The notes beneath the pieces were generated by a model, which saw nothing but the letters and a program-made list of their open reading frames with translations, had not been told where the DNA came from and made no database searches. A stretch of DNA of 64,000 nt, taken from Camelus ferus. Lineage: Eukaryota. Every line of letters begins with the position of its first letter. Position 1 is the stretch's first letter. The stretch is taken from NCBI RefSeq assembly GCF_009834535.1, contig NC_045696.1:80664001-80728000 (forward strand), given 5' to 3'. Positions 13,291 to 26,285 of the stretch are shown here, in pieces. A program made the position numbers and the translations under genes.

Positions 13291-14525
13291 GCAAATTAAA
13301 GCCACAAAAATGAGATACCACTTTAGGACCCACTAAAATGACTGTAATATAAAAAGACCACTGATATCAAGTGTTGGAGAGGAAATAGAGATACTGGAAC
13401 CTCATACATTGTTGATGGGGCATGTAAGATAGTATAGTCACCTGAGAAAACAATTTGTCAGTGTCCAAAAAGGTTAAACACAGCAATTATGTGACTCAGC
13501 AGCTCTACTCCCAGATAAATACTGATGAGAAACGAAAACACAAGAACTTGCACATGGATGTTCATAGCAGCATAATAGCCAAAAAGGAGACACAGCCTAA
13601 ATATCCATCAGCTAAAACATGGATAAAAAATGTGGCATATCCATACAATGGAATGATATTTGGTAATGAAAAGAAACAAAGCACGAATGCATGCTGCCAT
13701 ATGGAAGAACCTCTGTAGTGGACTGGAGGGTGGTCCCAAAAGATTGTTTATGTCTTTGTTTCTGGAACCTGTAAGTTTTACCCTATTTGGAAAAAAGTTC
13801 TTTACAGATGTAATTCAGTTAAGAATCTTGGGATGAAGAGATGATCCTTGTTTATTCAGGTGGGCCCTAAATTCAGTGACAATTGTCCTTAAAAGAAAGG
13901 CAGAGGAGATTTGAGAGAGAGAAGAGGAAAAGACAAAGACATACACAGAAGAAGGCTATTAACAACAGAGGCAGAGACTGCAATGATGTGGCCATAAGCC
14001 AAGAATGACAGGGAATGCTGACAGCCACCAGAAGTAGGAAGAGGCAAGCTAGATTCTCCTTGGAACCCTCCAGAGGGAATGTAACACTGCCAACATCTTG
14101 ATTTTGGACTCTGGCCTTCAGAACTATGAGACAATAAATTTCTGTTGTTTTAAGCTACCCAGTTTGTGGTAATTTGTTATCACCTCAGGAAACTAATACA
14201 ACCTCAAAAACATTAAGCTTAGCAAATAAAGCTAGAAACAAAAGACCGTATATTATCTGATTCTATTTATATGAAATTTTCAGAAAAGGCAAATCTACAA
14301 TCAGAAAGTAGATCTGTGGTTGCCAGGTGCTGAGATGGAAGAAGGAATTGACTAAATGGCCATAAGGAAACATTTTGGCATGATGGAAGTATTCTAAAGT
14401 TGGATTTTGTAGTGATGGTTGCACAATTACATAAATTCATTAGAAACATTAAACTGTACATTTACATTGGGATATTTTATGGTATATGTGTTATACCATA
14501 GTAAAACTATTAAAAAATTTAAAAC
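13291..14525 (+). mobile_element. L1MB/ME-like 3' end, split by an MLT1 LTR
   Basis: gcaaattaaagccacaaaaatgagataccac, atggatgttcatagcagc, gtacatttacattggg. Confidence 0.85.
13714..14200 (+). mobile_element. MaLR solo LTR (MLT1C/D-like), 487 bp
   Basis: TG...CA ends, perfect 5-bp TSD ACCTC (13709-13713 and 14201-14205), aataaatttctgttgttttaagc motif. Confidence 0.92.
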
Positions 14526-14529
14526 AAAA

Positions 14530-15390
14530 ATATAAAAAAATTAGAAATAAATTTGATAAAGAAAGCAAAGAGCTTATATAAAGAAAACTGGTAAATCACT
14601 TTTTTTTCTCTATGGGTGTGGGAGTCATTCTTAACTAAAATAAAAACACTCAAGGTATATTTCCATATATAGACACAGATTTATGTATAAAATTTTAAAA
14701 TATTTATGGCCAAAGATGCTGTAAGATCAACTGGGAAAATAACATATTTAAAGAAAAATTTCTGCAGATGACAGAGTGTGAATATTTCTAGTAATATAAG
14801 GTAGTCTTAGATATTAAGGAAATGCAAAAAATCTAGTAGAAAAATAGGCAAAGAATATGATAAGCAAACACAAATAATCAATAAATATATATTTAAAGCG
14901 CATAAACTGAAGCGTGGTGAGAGAATGCAAATTAAAGCCCTGAGGAAGTATCATTTTCTTCTCCATCAAAGTGGGAAAATTACAGAGCAATAATACCTAC
15001 TGTTGGTGAGAATAAGATTGAGGAAGAATAATAATCTCAGGTATTTCTTGTGGGAACAATGGGAACCATTAGCTCACTTGAAAAGTAATTTGGTAATATG
15101 TATTAACATAAGTTACTATAGGCAAATATTTGATCTACTCTTAGATGTTAATCTCATTGATACAAAGAACCAGCCATATGATATATGTACCAGGATACTT
15201 ATTTTATAGCATTGTCTGTAAAGGAGGAAAATCAGGGGTGAAAAAGTAAATCACCTCAGTGGAGGAACTAGCTCAATAAGTCAGACTATATCCACAACCA
15301 CAGAATGTTTTCCAGGCACTGAAAGACTGCAAATTAAAGAGAGATACTAACTGGTCTGGAAATTCTACCAGGTATTACTGCTTGAGAAAA
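14530..15390 (+). mobile_element. Decayed L1ME-like fragment
   Basis: agaaaaataggcaaagaatatga, gaatgcaaattaaagc, ttttatagcattgtctgtaa. Confidence 0.6.
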
Positions 15391-15398
15391 GCAAGTTG

Positions 15399-15709
15399 AA
15401 GGGGTTGGGGGTAGGCAAAATGGGTGAAGGGGCTCAAAACGTCAAATTTCCAGTTATAAAACAAGTAAGTCATGGGGGTATAGTCTACAGCATGGCAACT
15501 ATAGTTAACAATACTGTATTGCATGTTTGAAAGTTGCTAAGAGAGCAGATCTTAAAAGCTCTCATCACACACAAAAATTTTTTTATAACTATATATAGTG
15601 ATAGAAGTTAACTAGACTTATTTTGGTGATCATTTCACTATATATAAACATCATTATGTTGTACACTTTAATGTAATGTTATATGTCAATTATACCTCAA
15701 AAAAAAAAG
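15399..15709 (+). mobile_element. 5'-truncated L1MA-like 3' end with poly(A) and TSD
   Basis: ttgaaagttgctaagagagcagatcttaaaagctctcatcac motif, A tail, 11-bp TSD aaagcaagttg (15388-15398 and 15710-15720). Confidence 0.9.
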
Positions 15710-16110
15710 AAAGCAAGTTGCAGAGAAGTGTGTAAATTTTTAAAAAGTTTATAATTATGCATATATGTGTATAATACGCATGTTTGTGTCTACAGCATTT
15801 TTCCATTATAAAAGCATCATTTCCTATTGTAATTAGTAAGTAATATGTAGGATGTGTCTTTGAAGCCAAATGAATGTCTTATTTTCCAACTACCTTTTAT
15901 CTAGTGGATTCTGCATCCTTGCCTAAATCATTTATAACATTCAGTGGCTGCAAATGAAATTTTTTTTAAGATAAACTTTATTGAAGTACCTTGAATCATT
16001 TTAAAAACTCTGTTTTTATTCCATAACAAGTTTTGAAGGATGAATGATCTACATAATGGCTTCCTTTCTCTTTAACTTGGCCTGTGTAGACCCAAAATAA
16101 ATAGGCTTAC

Positions 16111-16186
16111 CTCATGCTTGCTCATTGTCTCCATGGCCAAACTGAACACAGCTGGCATTTTCTGTTTTCTCTTAGACTGTCTGACA
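16111..16186 (-). CDS. Candidate 76-nt internal exon (VRQSKRKQKMPAVFSLAMETMSKHE)
   Basis: Acceptor atttttctctggaag, donor GAG|gtaagc. Confidence 0.27.
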
Positions 16187-17374
16187 CTTCCAGAGAAAAA
16201 TATTATGACATATTAGCCAATGAGACAAATAAATCACACTTTTGATTTCGACATCTGCATCAGCAGTATTGATGAGTAAAACTCATGAGAGTAAAATTTT
16301 GTTAATCTAGTCTCTATTTTTCTGCACATGACAGTTGCTTTTTGAAGTTTCTGCCAAGGCTGGTTCAGTGATATTACCCACAAGTAGTACTTTTATGAGT
16401 ACAACATTCAAAATCTGTCTCTATAAAATAAATTAGAAAATTTCACAATATTGCATTTTTTACTGTCTGGTTTTTGATGTTAAATACTTAGATTCTTTGA
16501 AAATAAACTAGACCTTTTTGAGTACAAGTGACTACTAGCACAACATAAATTCATCTCAGTCCGAACTGCATCATCTAACACTATTTTTCAGGAGAATCAT
16601 CATGAACGTGAAAGAGTTTTAAAGTTTGTTCAAATGATAAAGTTTACGCTTTATTGCTCTATTAAAGATTTAACTGAAAAGAATTAAGCAAGGGAACTTT
16701 TTGCGTGGGATGAGAAGGAAAGATCCTAAATCCCATGCTGTTCTATTTCAAAGAGTTACTTTCTAAGTAAAATGGAAACTCAGCACAAGGTAGATTCCTC
16801 AGTATTTCACCAATAAAAATATAGAATTAAAAAGTAAAATTTTAATCAGAAAGTTTCATACAATTTCATCTACTTAGAAGTATTAAGAGATCTCACTGAG
16901 GGATTAAGTAAATAACTATTCGAGCATCCTGAAAAAACCTTTGATTTTTCTCAACTTTGAACTGAAGGTGACTTTAGGTTCACAGAGTTACATAGAGCAA
17001 ATGTTTCATATGCTAGGATATTGTAGTAGATAAAAATAAGAACTTAACCTTAACGGTTTGAATTCTGGTGCCACCTCAGCCATGTGGCACTTCCCCAGCC
17101 AAGGGGTAGTTGAATTAAGAGGAAAAATTATGATCTCAAGTTTAAAATTCTATAGCATTAGTTCAGTGATGCTGTGTACTCACAAAAATGGCAGCACGTA
17201 GTTCATTTATCCGAAAAAATGTGGATTGAGTACATACCATGTGCTAGGCATTGTTCTCGGCACTGGGAATACAGATCACATATCTTCTCAAATGTGGAAG
17301 AAGTACAGATGCATTCTTTTAATATAACAGGTATTTATCAAACCTTGGCTCATATGTTCTACTTCAATAAATTA

Positions 17375-18505
17375 TGCTCTTGCCCGCCTCCATTCCACTG
17401 AAACTACAAACGATTTCACAATGACCTCTATGTTGTGAAATCTAATCATCAATTCAGTTTTCATCAGTTTGACCTTTCCATAGGATATGATGCGGTTCGA
17501 TCCCAACTCCCTCCTTCTTGAAGCATTTTCCCCTTTGGTTACCAGAGCACCATTCCACAGTGCTGCCATCACAATGGCTGCTTCTTTTCAATGCTGCTGT
17601 TGTTGTTGTTGTTTCTTTCCATCCCTCCAGATCTCTAAGTGGTAGCGGGCTCCAAAATCCACCCTTGGACTTCATTTTATTCTCCATTTACACTTACTCC
17701 CTGGGTGTTTTTTATTTAGTTCTATGGCTTTAACTACTCTGACAATTCCCAGCTCCATATCCTCAGCTCCACTTCTTCCCTGAGCTCTAGAATCACATAC
17801 TAAGTACCTACTGGACAACTCTACTTGGAATAAAATCCAAATGCTGTTATCCTCCTTGCTTACTCTGAGACTGAAATTTACATGAGGAGATTTATTGAGG
17901 AGTATATTTAGGACCAGTATCTGTGATAGTTTAGGATGAAGGAAGCAGCATTGAGAAGTGGAAGATGCTGAACTGCTGATGCAGTTCTAACAGAGGCTTC
18001 AGCTGATCCTACAGGACTCTCTGGAGCTGAACCGTCAGAATGGTTCCACTTGAGGCAAGAGAGATCTGTACCAGTGCATGGAGTGGTTATTGGATGCAGG
18101 GAACCCCAGAACTTTGGGCAAGGCAGCTTCCTCCCACCAAGACCAGGTCCGAGAGAGGACTTAGCTGTGAACTCTTAGCAGCCACCACTCACGGCAGCTG
18201 GAGGAATGTGTGTCTCTTCCTGACAGGAGATATGGGTGGCACAGCGCAGCTTCTACTATAACCACCTGGTGTCTGGTAGCATCTCATACTCATCTCTTTC
18301 CATCCCTTGTGCAGTTTACTTGTTTTCTCAAGGTATATACTGTATGTTTTACTTATTTGTTTCCTTGTTATTCCCTAAATATAACATCATGAGAGCAGAA
18401 ACTTTCTTTTTCTTGTTCTTCTTTAATCCTATATCCTCATCATCTAGAAACAGTGTCTGGAACATAGTAAGTGCTCAATAAAAATTAGTTAATGAGTAAA
18501 TAAAT
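17375..18505 (+). mobile_element. L2 fragment split by an LTR16-like element
   Basis: ccactgaaact...aatgacctc core and 3' end gaacatagtaagtgctcaataaa. Confidence 0.7.
17845..18260 (-). mobile_element. ERVL LTR16-like solo LTR
   Basis: gagatttattgaggag, gctgaactgctgatgcag, gagaggacttagctgtgaa, cagctggaggaatg resemble LTR16 antisense. Confidence 0.6.
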
Positions 18506-20733
18506 GTGTCACATGCTTACTATATGCTAGAAACTATGCTATGTTCTGAGAATACAGAAAGAACAAGATAGTCACTGTCCTCATGGAGCTGACAATCTAG
18601 CAGAAATGATATACATATAGTGGCACACATGGATAAAATATGTACATATAAACAATATTTTTAAAAGGGTAGTTACAGCCAAAAGCTGTTATCTAGTATT
18701 TTACTAATCTAGATTCAACACATCTGGTGATCTATCATACAAAACTTTTTACTGAATAGCAATATTAGAGACTTAAAAACAGTGGAAAATTTAGTTAGAG
18801 TTATTTACTGTTCCTACTAATTTTTGGAAAGAAAAGTTGAATCTCTGGGACACATACTTTTTTGCCCAGTTTGGGCGGAAAGAATAAAGGACAAAATAAA
18901 AGAGAGATTAACTCAGGGAAAATGAATATGTACTTACTTAACTGGAACTTTTATTGACCAACATCCTGTTTTCTAAAATGCTGGAGAGCAAGGTTATAAT
19001 TGTATCTAAATAGATAAAGGATAAAATGCTTATAATAAACGGATAATTCATACTCGCTTTTTATGTACAAATACAATTTTTCCATTACTTTACTTTCAGT
19101 GACAGTTAAAACATAATAAGGACTAGGAAATAACACTTCAGCTTTTATGTCACTGTGGAATCACAGATTCATCTTTTCAAAAGCAGCCTGTCTCCCTAAA
19201 AGCTATGTTTTCTGCTTTCTATAGCATATTTTATTTCCATTTACCAACCAAATAATTGTGCCTTATAGAGCTTCAGTAAGATGAATCCCATTCCCCTCTC
19301 TGCTTATTTTATTTGAAATGTGAAAGCTTTTCACTCTGCGTGAACATGTGAACACAACTATCAACATTTCAACTCTTGGGCTGTCATAAACGGGATATTT
19401 GGCATTTCTAGAATAACTTGCATGAGGAAATCTCAAATTGCTCTGTATTTATGAATTTGCTGGTCTCTTTGCTTCCTTGCACATTATTGTTACAATGCAT
19501 GAAATGTAATCTGGGTCTGAGCAGATTTATGCACTCATCTTCTATGTACCCCTTCATCCTAGGAGCAAATGTAAGCCTTGAGAAGATTCTGGCCCATAAG
19601 AATTTCTACCTTAAAAATGAAAAAAACATTTTTTTTAATGCTCACGTGGTTAATGAAACCAATGGGTCGCACAATTCTTCACTCAAACAGTTCGATGTGG
19701 TCCTCTATTAAAATAAATTCTAGATTTCTGATCAATACCTTAACTTTCAATTATACATGGATTTACTGAGATGTGACCTCTATTCCTGGGTATCTTTTAT
19801 TAAGACTAGATGACTATTAGCCTGATATTATAGCGTATAGATGCAGTCTAATTATATCATTGCTTTGATGACTAATAGTTAGATGGCCAGGTCCTTACAG
19901 CAAGTCTTTCAGAGCACAATAAATATGAGAACCCCACAAATTATACTTGTTGATAATTAATTAATCCTACCCTTACAGTTGGAGGTGATACCTGAGTACC
20001 TCTAAGCACAAAAGGGCTGCTGCAGCTCCTCAATTTTAGAGTCAACAATATTTGATAAGAACTGCCATTGATGGTTAAGTGGTACAGAATTTTACAGAAA
20101 GAAGTGACAGAAAATGATCTCTTATTATGAACTCAAATGAATATCAGGTATTGCAGAAGCAGCTCTAATGTGCCCAGTACCTCATATACCATTGCACCTG
20201 GTGTCTGCCTCACTTATATCTCTGTCTCTCTTCTGTTCATCTCTCACTATCTTATTCTTTATCTGCTTTCTTTGAGCCTCCCTTCTTTCTTGTTTTGTGT
20301 ATTTTTCTTCCTTTCCTGATCACAGGTTGTTCATGTGAACTGACCAGAAAATATATTTCAAGTGCATATTTTATGGATCCTACTATTTTTCCTACAGAAT
20401 ATTTATTTTCCTGTTATCCATGTTAAAAACAAAAGAGTAAAATTCTTTGAATTTCTTTAATTTAAAACCTATTCAATTATGTATAGATCTTGAGTTTTAT
20501 GAGAAGTTATAGTTTAAGTTGGAAAAAAGATTACATACTCCAGGTTTGGTTAGTCTTCTAAGAATAGAGCCCTGCCTATACTACGTGTCCAGTAAATGAT
20601 TTTTGGATGAATGCTCAATATAAAAATACTGAATTTTTACTACAGTATTTAATAGGTGCTCTTGTAGCACGCAGCATCCCCAGACTCTGGTAGGCATTCA
20701 TTAAAACACAAATCTCCAAAGGGTGCTACTTAC

Positions 20734-20747
20734 CTGTTTTTACTCAT
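20734..20747 (-). CDS. Candidate 14-nt microexon (MSKN)
   Basis: Consensus donor CAG|gtaagt; weak acceptor ttttgatatgcag with a competing AG 14 nt upstream. Confidence 0.15.
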
Positions 20748-20918
20748 CTGCATATCAAAATCTTGACAGTAATGGCAAGGTAAAGTTCACCTGGATGAGA
20801 CTTCTATGTGTAACCATACCCAGAGGCATTCTTTAATCAGAAGTCTTATGAACACTCAAAAGTGTTGAGAACTACATGAGTTTTATCTTACATGCTTTTG
20901 TTCAATGAAGTTCAAAGC

Positions 20919-21071
20919 AGCGCTTCTCAAATTGTAATGTGCATATGATTCACCTGGATGCAGATTTTAGTTCAGCATGTCTGAGGCAGAGCTTGAGATG
21001 CTGCATTTCCAACAAGTTCCCAGGTGATGCTGAGGTGGCTGGTCCATGGATCACACAACAAACAGCAAGGG
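20919..21071 (-). mobile_element. MER5A-like hAT-Charlie MITE
   Basis: cttctcaaattgtaatgtgcatatgattcacctgg...ctgcatttccaacaagttcccaggtgatgctga. Confidence 0.8.
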
Positions 21072-21284
21072 TCTAAAGGTAATGGGGGTTTGTAACAAAA
21101 CTTTTGGTGTCATTCTTCAGGTCCTTCCCATTGAGGAACTGTTGACAAGCCTCAGCTCCTGGGAATCTGGCCTGTATTCTCTTCTGTCTTCTGACCTGTC
21201 CTAGGATGCCTGTGTTGGCTGCAGAACTTTGTTACTGAGGACATAGAATCCTTAGTACCAAATTATTGACTCTGGGAGCATTAC

Positions 21285-21360
21285 CTGTTCCTCATTGTGC
21301 ACCACCTGGACACTGGTTCTGGCAACTGCATTCTCTGAAGCTTCCTTTTTCTTTGTTTTG
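21285..21360 (-). CDS. Candidate 76-nt internal exon (KTKKKEASENAVARTSVQVVHNEEQ)
   Basis: Acceptor catctacctcctcag, donor CAG|gtaatg, purine-rich exon body in unique sequence. Confidence 0.28.
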
Positions 21361-21489
21361 CTGAGGAGGTAGATGGTGGGCATGGGGCAGGGGCAAGAAG
21401 AATTATTTCTTGCTTTGTAAGCTGCATAGCTCTATAATACTTTCTGTGTAATATCAGTGATGGTTTGGGACATTTCCTCAAATAGTGTT

Positions 21490-21685
21490 TTCTTATAAAT
21501 ATTACCTCATTGAATTCTCACAGCAACTCAGTGGTGATACAGGCAGCATTAATACTATAATTTCCCTTTTATGCATGAGTAAGCTGTAATTCCAAGTAGT
21601 TCAATAACTGCTACAAAGTCACAAAGGAAGTAAAGTGCAGAACCGGGGTTCACACCTTCACATTGTGACTCTTAAGTCCAGTGGG
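21490..21685 (-). mobile_element. MIR SINE
   Basis: ctcattgaattctcacagcaactc...aagtcacaaaggaagtaaagtgcagaaccggggttc. Confidence 0.7.
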
Positions 21686-23549
21686 AAGATGGACTATTCA
21701 TCTTTTGGGGGACTTTCTATGTCCCTATACATCCATAGATATATTTTGCTTTGGTTGTTCATTGGCCCATTATAACACCTCTCCCCTTCTTTAAAGAGTT
21801 AGCAACAAGAACAACTTGAAAATCTCGAGAGTTTGTTGACTTCAGTTTGAGAAAGATTATTTCTTGTCTTTAAGATAAAGTAGAGGAATATAATATATAA
21901 ATGGAGAATGAGGGGGCAAAATAAAAATGAGCATAAATTCTAAGATTAAACTCTTCTCCGGTTTTCCTCTTCCTCCTTCTTTTTTTGTGTTCTTTTATGG
22001 AAAGGAAGACAATTTTGCAGGCACTTAGAGCCTTGACTCCCACCACATTAGCACATTTATTAATCTTTGAGATCTTTCTCACATTTTATTGAGAAACAGT
22101 TTTTCTAGAAAGATCCACAATAGCCAGTGGTCAAGTTATTTGAAGTCTAGAATATACAATATTGTTCATACTTTCATTTAGACAATTTGCTTTGGGGTGC
22201 CCGAATGCACTGGAGATTTGATCTAAAGGCAAATGAATGGTGTATTTGCATTAGCATTTCCTTTTTTTTTTTAAATTTAAGGTGAAGATCAGGTAATTGC
22301 TGTAATTACTACATTGGTGGTTCAAGGGAAGCAAAAGTGTAATCCATTACAAATTGGAAAATGTAAAAAAAAAGCTTTAACAAATTTCTCTATAAACTAT
22401 TTCCTATAGATCTCTAGTCAACTCCCTGAGCTGGTAGGATGGGGGCATAAACTTATCACAAAGAGATTTTTAATATCTTTTGGTTTAAAACAAACTACTT
22501 GGGTATTTTATGTATTGGGGGGTAAATATTCAATGTTTCTGAGTACCTTCTCCCAACCCAGGTTTTCTTCTTTTACTGGTCCTGGAGGTGAGGTTGGGAG
22601 AGGAGATACTGGTCCTTGAGCTGTCCTAGAGTTTTTGGATTAAAACAGGCCCCTGTTGGCCTCCAGGTGGGTGTCCCTAATCCCTCCTGGTTATAGGGAA
22701 CCCTGTTGACATTTGCTGCTGAAATCTGTGGTTGTGAAATTTGTACCCCTTCTCTTAATTCAGCTCAGACCTGAACTACTGCTGGTACTGCAGATCCTCT
22801 AGCTGTAGCCAGAGTTGACACAGTTGGGAAAGTTCATTGTTATCCTAGGCCTCAGCGACCCTACCACAGGCCCACTGGCCCTCTATTCAGCAATCCCCTA
22901 TGAGGGTCATCTGGGAACTTTAGAAGCCCTACTACTCCAACATGGAAGACATGGGAGGCCTTGGGGACACTTCTCTGGCCTTCTGTCCACCTGGGCCTGT
23001 CCCTCAGCCATTTCATGGACAGTGCCATGTTAAAGTTGGGGTTTCTCTAAAGGACTTGAAATTGTCACAATGTCTATCCAGGGAAGTTAGAAAAGGTGCC
23101 CTGCTCTGGAAAACCTTTAAACATATCTGATTGTCTCCATCTCCCCAGTTTTCATTATTTGATCCACAAGTGGTAGGGAGGCTGCTAGCATGTACAAGTC
23201 CTTTATGAAAATTAGGAAATGATACCCCTCAAGTGGATATGCCCTTGGGCCAGGCTGCAAAGCTTGGTGAGCAGAACAAGGCCTGGCTATTCAGCCCAGC
23301 TTGACTCTTGGGCCAGGCACTCACCTGTATGCAGCCAACAAACTGCACCACTGGGAGAAGCTAGGACCCAAGTATCTGAATGCTTCCTTTTCTTCTCTTT
23401 CTCTTATCTTCTTAACTTCTCCCCAAAGAGCTGCTACTTCCCCTTTCTCTTTAACTCAGCACAAACTTCCTTTATGTCATATCCTGAGTTACCACTGCCA
23501 AGACTCATGATAGAACCCTATGGACTGAGTCTGGTGTGGCTGGTTATCA

Positions 23550-24022
23550 AGTCTAGTCTTGCCCTGAACTAAATTACTCCCCAGATTTAGCAACTTAAAA
23601 CAACAAATGTTTATAATCTCACACAGCTTCTGGGGTCTGGAATCCAGAAGTGGCTTAGCTGGGCGGGTTGCACTCCTGCTGCTGCCCAGGGCTACAGTCT
23701 CTGAAGATTTGACTGGAACTAGAGGATTTGTTTCCAAGCTCACTCACGTGGCTGCTGGAAGGAGGCTTCAGTTTCTCACCATTGGGCCTTTCTGCAGGGC
23801 TGCTCATGACATGGCTTTCTCCAGAGTGAGTGATCTAAGAGAGAGAGAGTGACCAAGAAAGGAGCTGTGATCTTTTATAACCTAATCTCAGGAGTGACTC
23901 ACTTCTGCCATATTGTATCCATCACACAGACCAACCCTAGAACAATGTAGGAGGGACAAGACAAGAGTGTGAATACCGGGGGACAGGGGTCAACAGGGGC
24001 TTGGCTTGGAGGCTGCCTACAC
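23550..24022 (-). mobile_element. MaLR LTR (MLT1F/G/H-like)
   Basis: atttagcaacttaaaacaacaaatgtttataatctcacacagcttctg...ggaggctgcctacaca. Confidence 0.8.
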
Positions 24023-24064
24023 AGCGCTCCTCAATGGCGGCAGCCTCTCCACGTGTGGTAGGAC

Positions 24065-24170
24065 GATTCTTGGTGGGCAGGACGGTCCCAGGCAATGTTG
24101 GACATTTAACACCCCCAACCTTCACCCACTAAATGCCAGTAGTACTTCCCAATCAGTGACAATCAAGTAT
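24065..24170. mobile_element. MER20-like hAT fragment
   Basis: cccactaaatgccagtagtac...gtgacaatcaa. Confidence 0.55.
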
Positions 24171-24799
24171 GCGAGTCAGAAGGACTTATGCTTTGGGAGT
24201 CAATTAGAATAAAATTATATCAGTTCACTGTTTTCATGAATATCACAACTGTTGCACTGCCCTCACCTCCTGGGAGCCTGGCTCACTCCTGAACTTTGTG
24301 CTTCTCCTGCAGCATTCTCAAGCTTCCTTTCCAGCAGGAATTTCAGGCAAAACTCTTCCACTCACAGCTGTCCGTCTTCTTTGTGCTCGGGGCTGGGGAG
24401 CACTGCTGGAGAAGGTCACCCAACCCTCAGGAGCGTGTACTTCACAATCACTCCCTCAACACCTGGGCCAGCAGCGCTGCCCTGGAACTCCTGCCTCCCC
24501 TGTCAGCTTTGTTCCTTCTGTCTCCACCACGTCTATTATAAGCCTTTTCCTCCATTCACCTCAAAACTTCTACTCCACTCCTTCACTCTTCTACCTCACC
24601 TAGACCCTCAGATCACCTCTCCTGCCACTCCACAAAAACACAGAAGCCACACAAGAATGCCCACACTTCCCTGCCACCCCTCCCACCACCTCACCTGTTC
24701 TCTATACCAGTGCACACCTTCCCCAGGACTAACCCCTCTATCTGTACCTAGGCTCTCATCATCTTGGGCCTTCTCAGGCATGTCCCAGGCATGTTAATA

Positions 24800-26285
24800 T
24801 TTTGACGTCAACATTTTCACTGGATCCTTCCCATTTAAATATCCTCATGTTTTATCTCAAAAAAAAAAAAAAATCCTCCATCCAACTCTCCCTTCTTTCT
24901 CGCCCCTGCTCCACACTTTTCTCTTATCCCTCTCCTTCCTCCTCCCAGCCCAAGTTCTTGAAATAACTCATGTTTTCTGCAACTTCCTCACCTCCCTCCC
25001 CTCTCAACTGACTGCAGTCTGCTTCTGCCGACATGTCTCCATTAGAAACTGCTCTCACCCAGGTACAAATGGCCTCCTTTTTGCTAAATCTCATCAACAT
25101 TCTTACTTCTTAACTGACTTGACCTCTCAGCATTTGACACTGTCCACCACTTCCTTCTCTGTTGGAACACCCTCTTCCCTTGCCTTCTATTCAACCCCAT
25201 TCTCCTAGTTTCCCTCCTACGTCTGTGGCTGCCCCTTCTCAGTCTCCTTTTGAACACTGTTTCCTCTGCCTTCTGTGTAACTCAGTGTCCTCAAGTCTCT
25301 GACTTTGGTTCTCTTCCCTTTTCCTGCTACATACTCTGACTAGGTGATTCCATCCATTCTCACAGCCACAACAAAATATTTACATGCTAATAACCCTTGA
25401 AATCATGCCAAGGGCCAGAAGACTTTCCTGAATTTCAGACCTGTATTTCACGAGGTCTTCTGGATATTTACACCTGGATGACCCACGGGCATCTCCACTC
25501 AATCAAGCCACAACTAAATTCTTCTCTTCATGTCTCCTCTAAAACCTGCTCTTTCTCCTGGACATTGTCCTTGACTCTTCCTCCTCTCTGATCTTTACAA
25601 CCAACCAGTAGCCAGATCCTGAACATTCTATTTCCTCCAAACGTTTCTCAGCTCTGAGGGCTCATTTCCACTTGCATTGTCACTAGCTGAGTTTGGGTAA
25701 CCTTTGCTCCTCAGATTACCACCACAGCCTCCCAACAGATTTCTTCGTTTCCAGTCTTTGATTGAACTCAGAGTGATCTTTCTGAATCTATAATTGGGTC
25801 TCTTCCCTCGGCCCTGTCTAACATTCTTTATTGACTCTCTCTTGTCCACAGGATATGAAGACTTTTCACAGTCTGATCTCTCCCACATTGTGTCTGACCA
25901 CCACCCTCCACAACATATCCTTCAACGACTGAACCGTCTGTAGTTTTATTAGGCTGCTTGCTGTGTGTGGCCTCTGGACTTTTGCATATACTTTTCCTTA
26001 TTCTTTCCCTCTTTGTGGGTTAAGTCCTATTCATTACTTTTTCCATGATCCTTTCTATGGTCTTCTTGTAACAGAGTTAGATGTTTTCCCCTTCTTCTAT
26101 CATGTTACCCTGTGCTTGCCTCTATTATAGCACCCATCATGCTTTAATTATGCATCTACCCTTAGACTTTAGGGGAAAAAAAAGACCCTTTCTTCTTTGC
26201 AGTTTTACCCTAGAGTCTAGATAGGGCATGGTGCATATTAGGAGCTCAATAATAATAGCTATTAAATAAAGGAATAAATCACTCT
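24800..26285 (+). mobile_element. L2 LINE 3' portion
   Basis: Pyrimidine-rich L2 motifs (gaaactgctctcacc, acttgacctctcagcatttgacactgtccaccacttcc, gtgatctttctgaa) and 3' end ggagctcaataa. Confidence 0.8.

Noticed and set aside
24267..24405. Minus-strand exon candidate as a coding exon
   Set aside because: Good donor but stops in all three frames; at most non-coding
24252..24797. Longest ORF (181 aa) and overlapping ORFs
   Set aside because: TTG start, Pro/Ser/His bias from C-rich DNA, no recognisable domain
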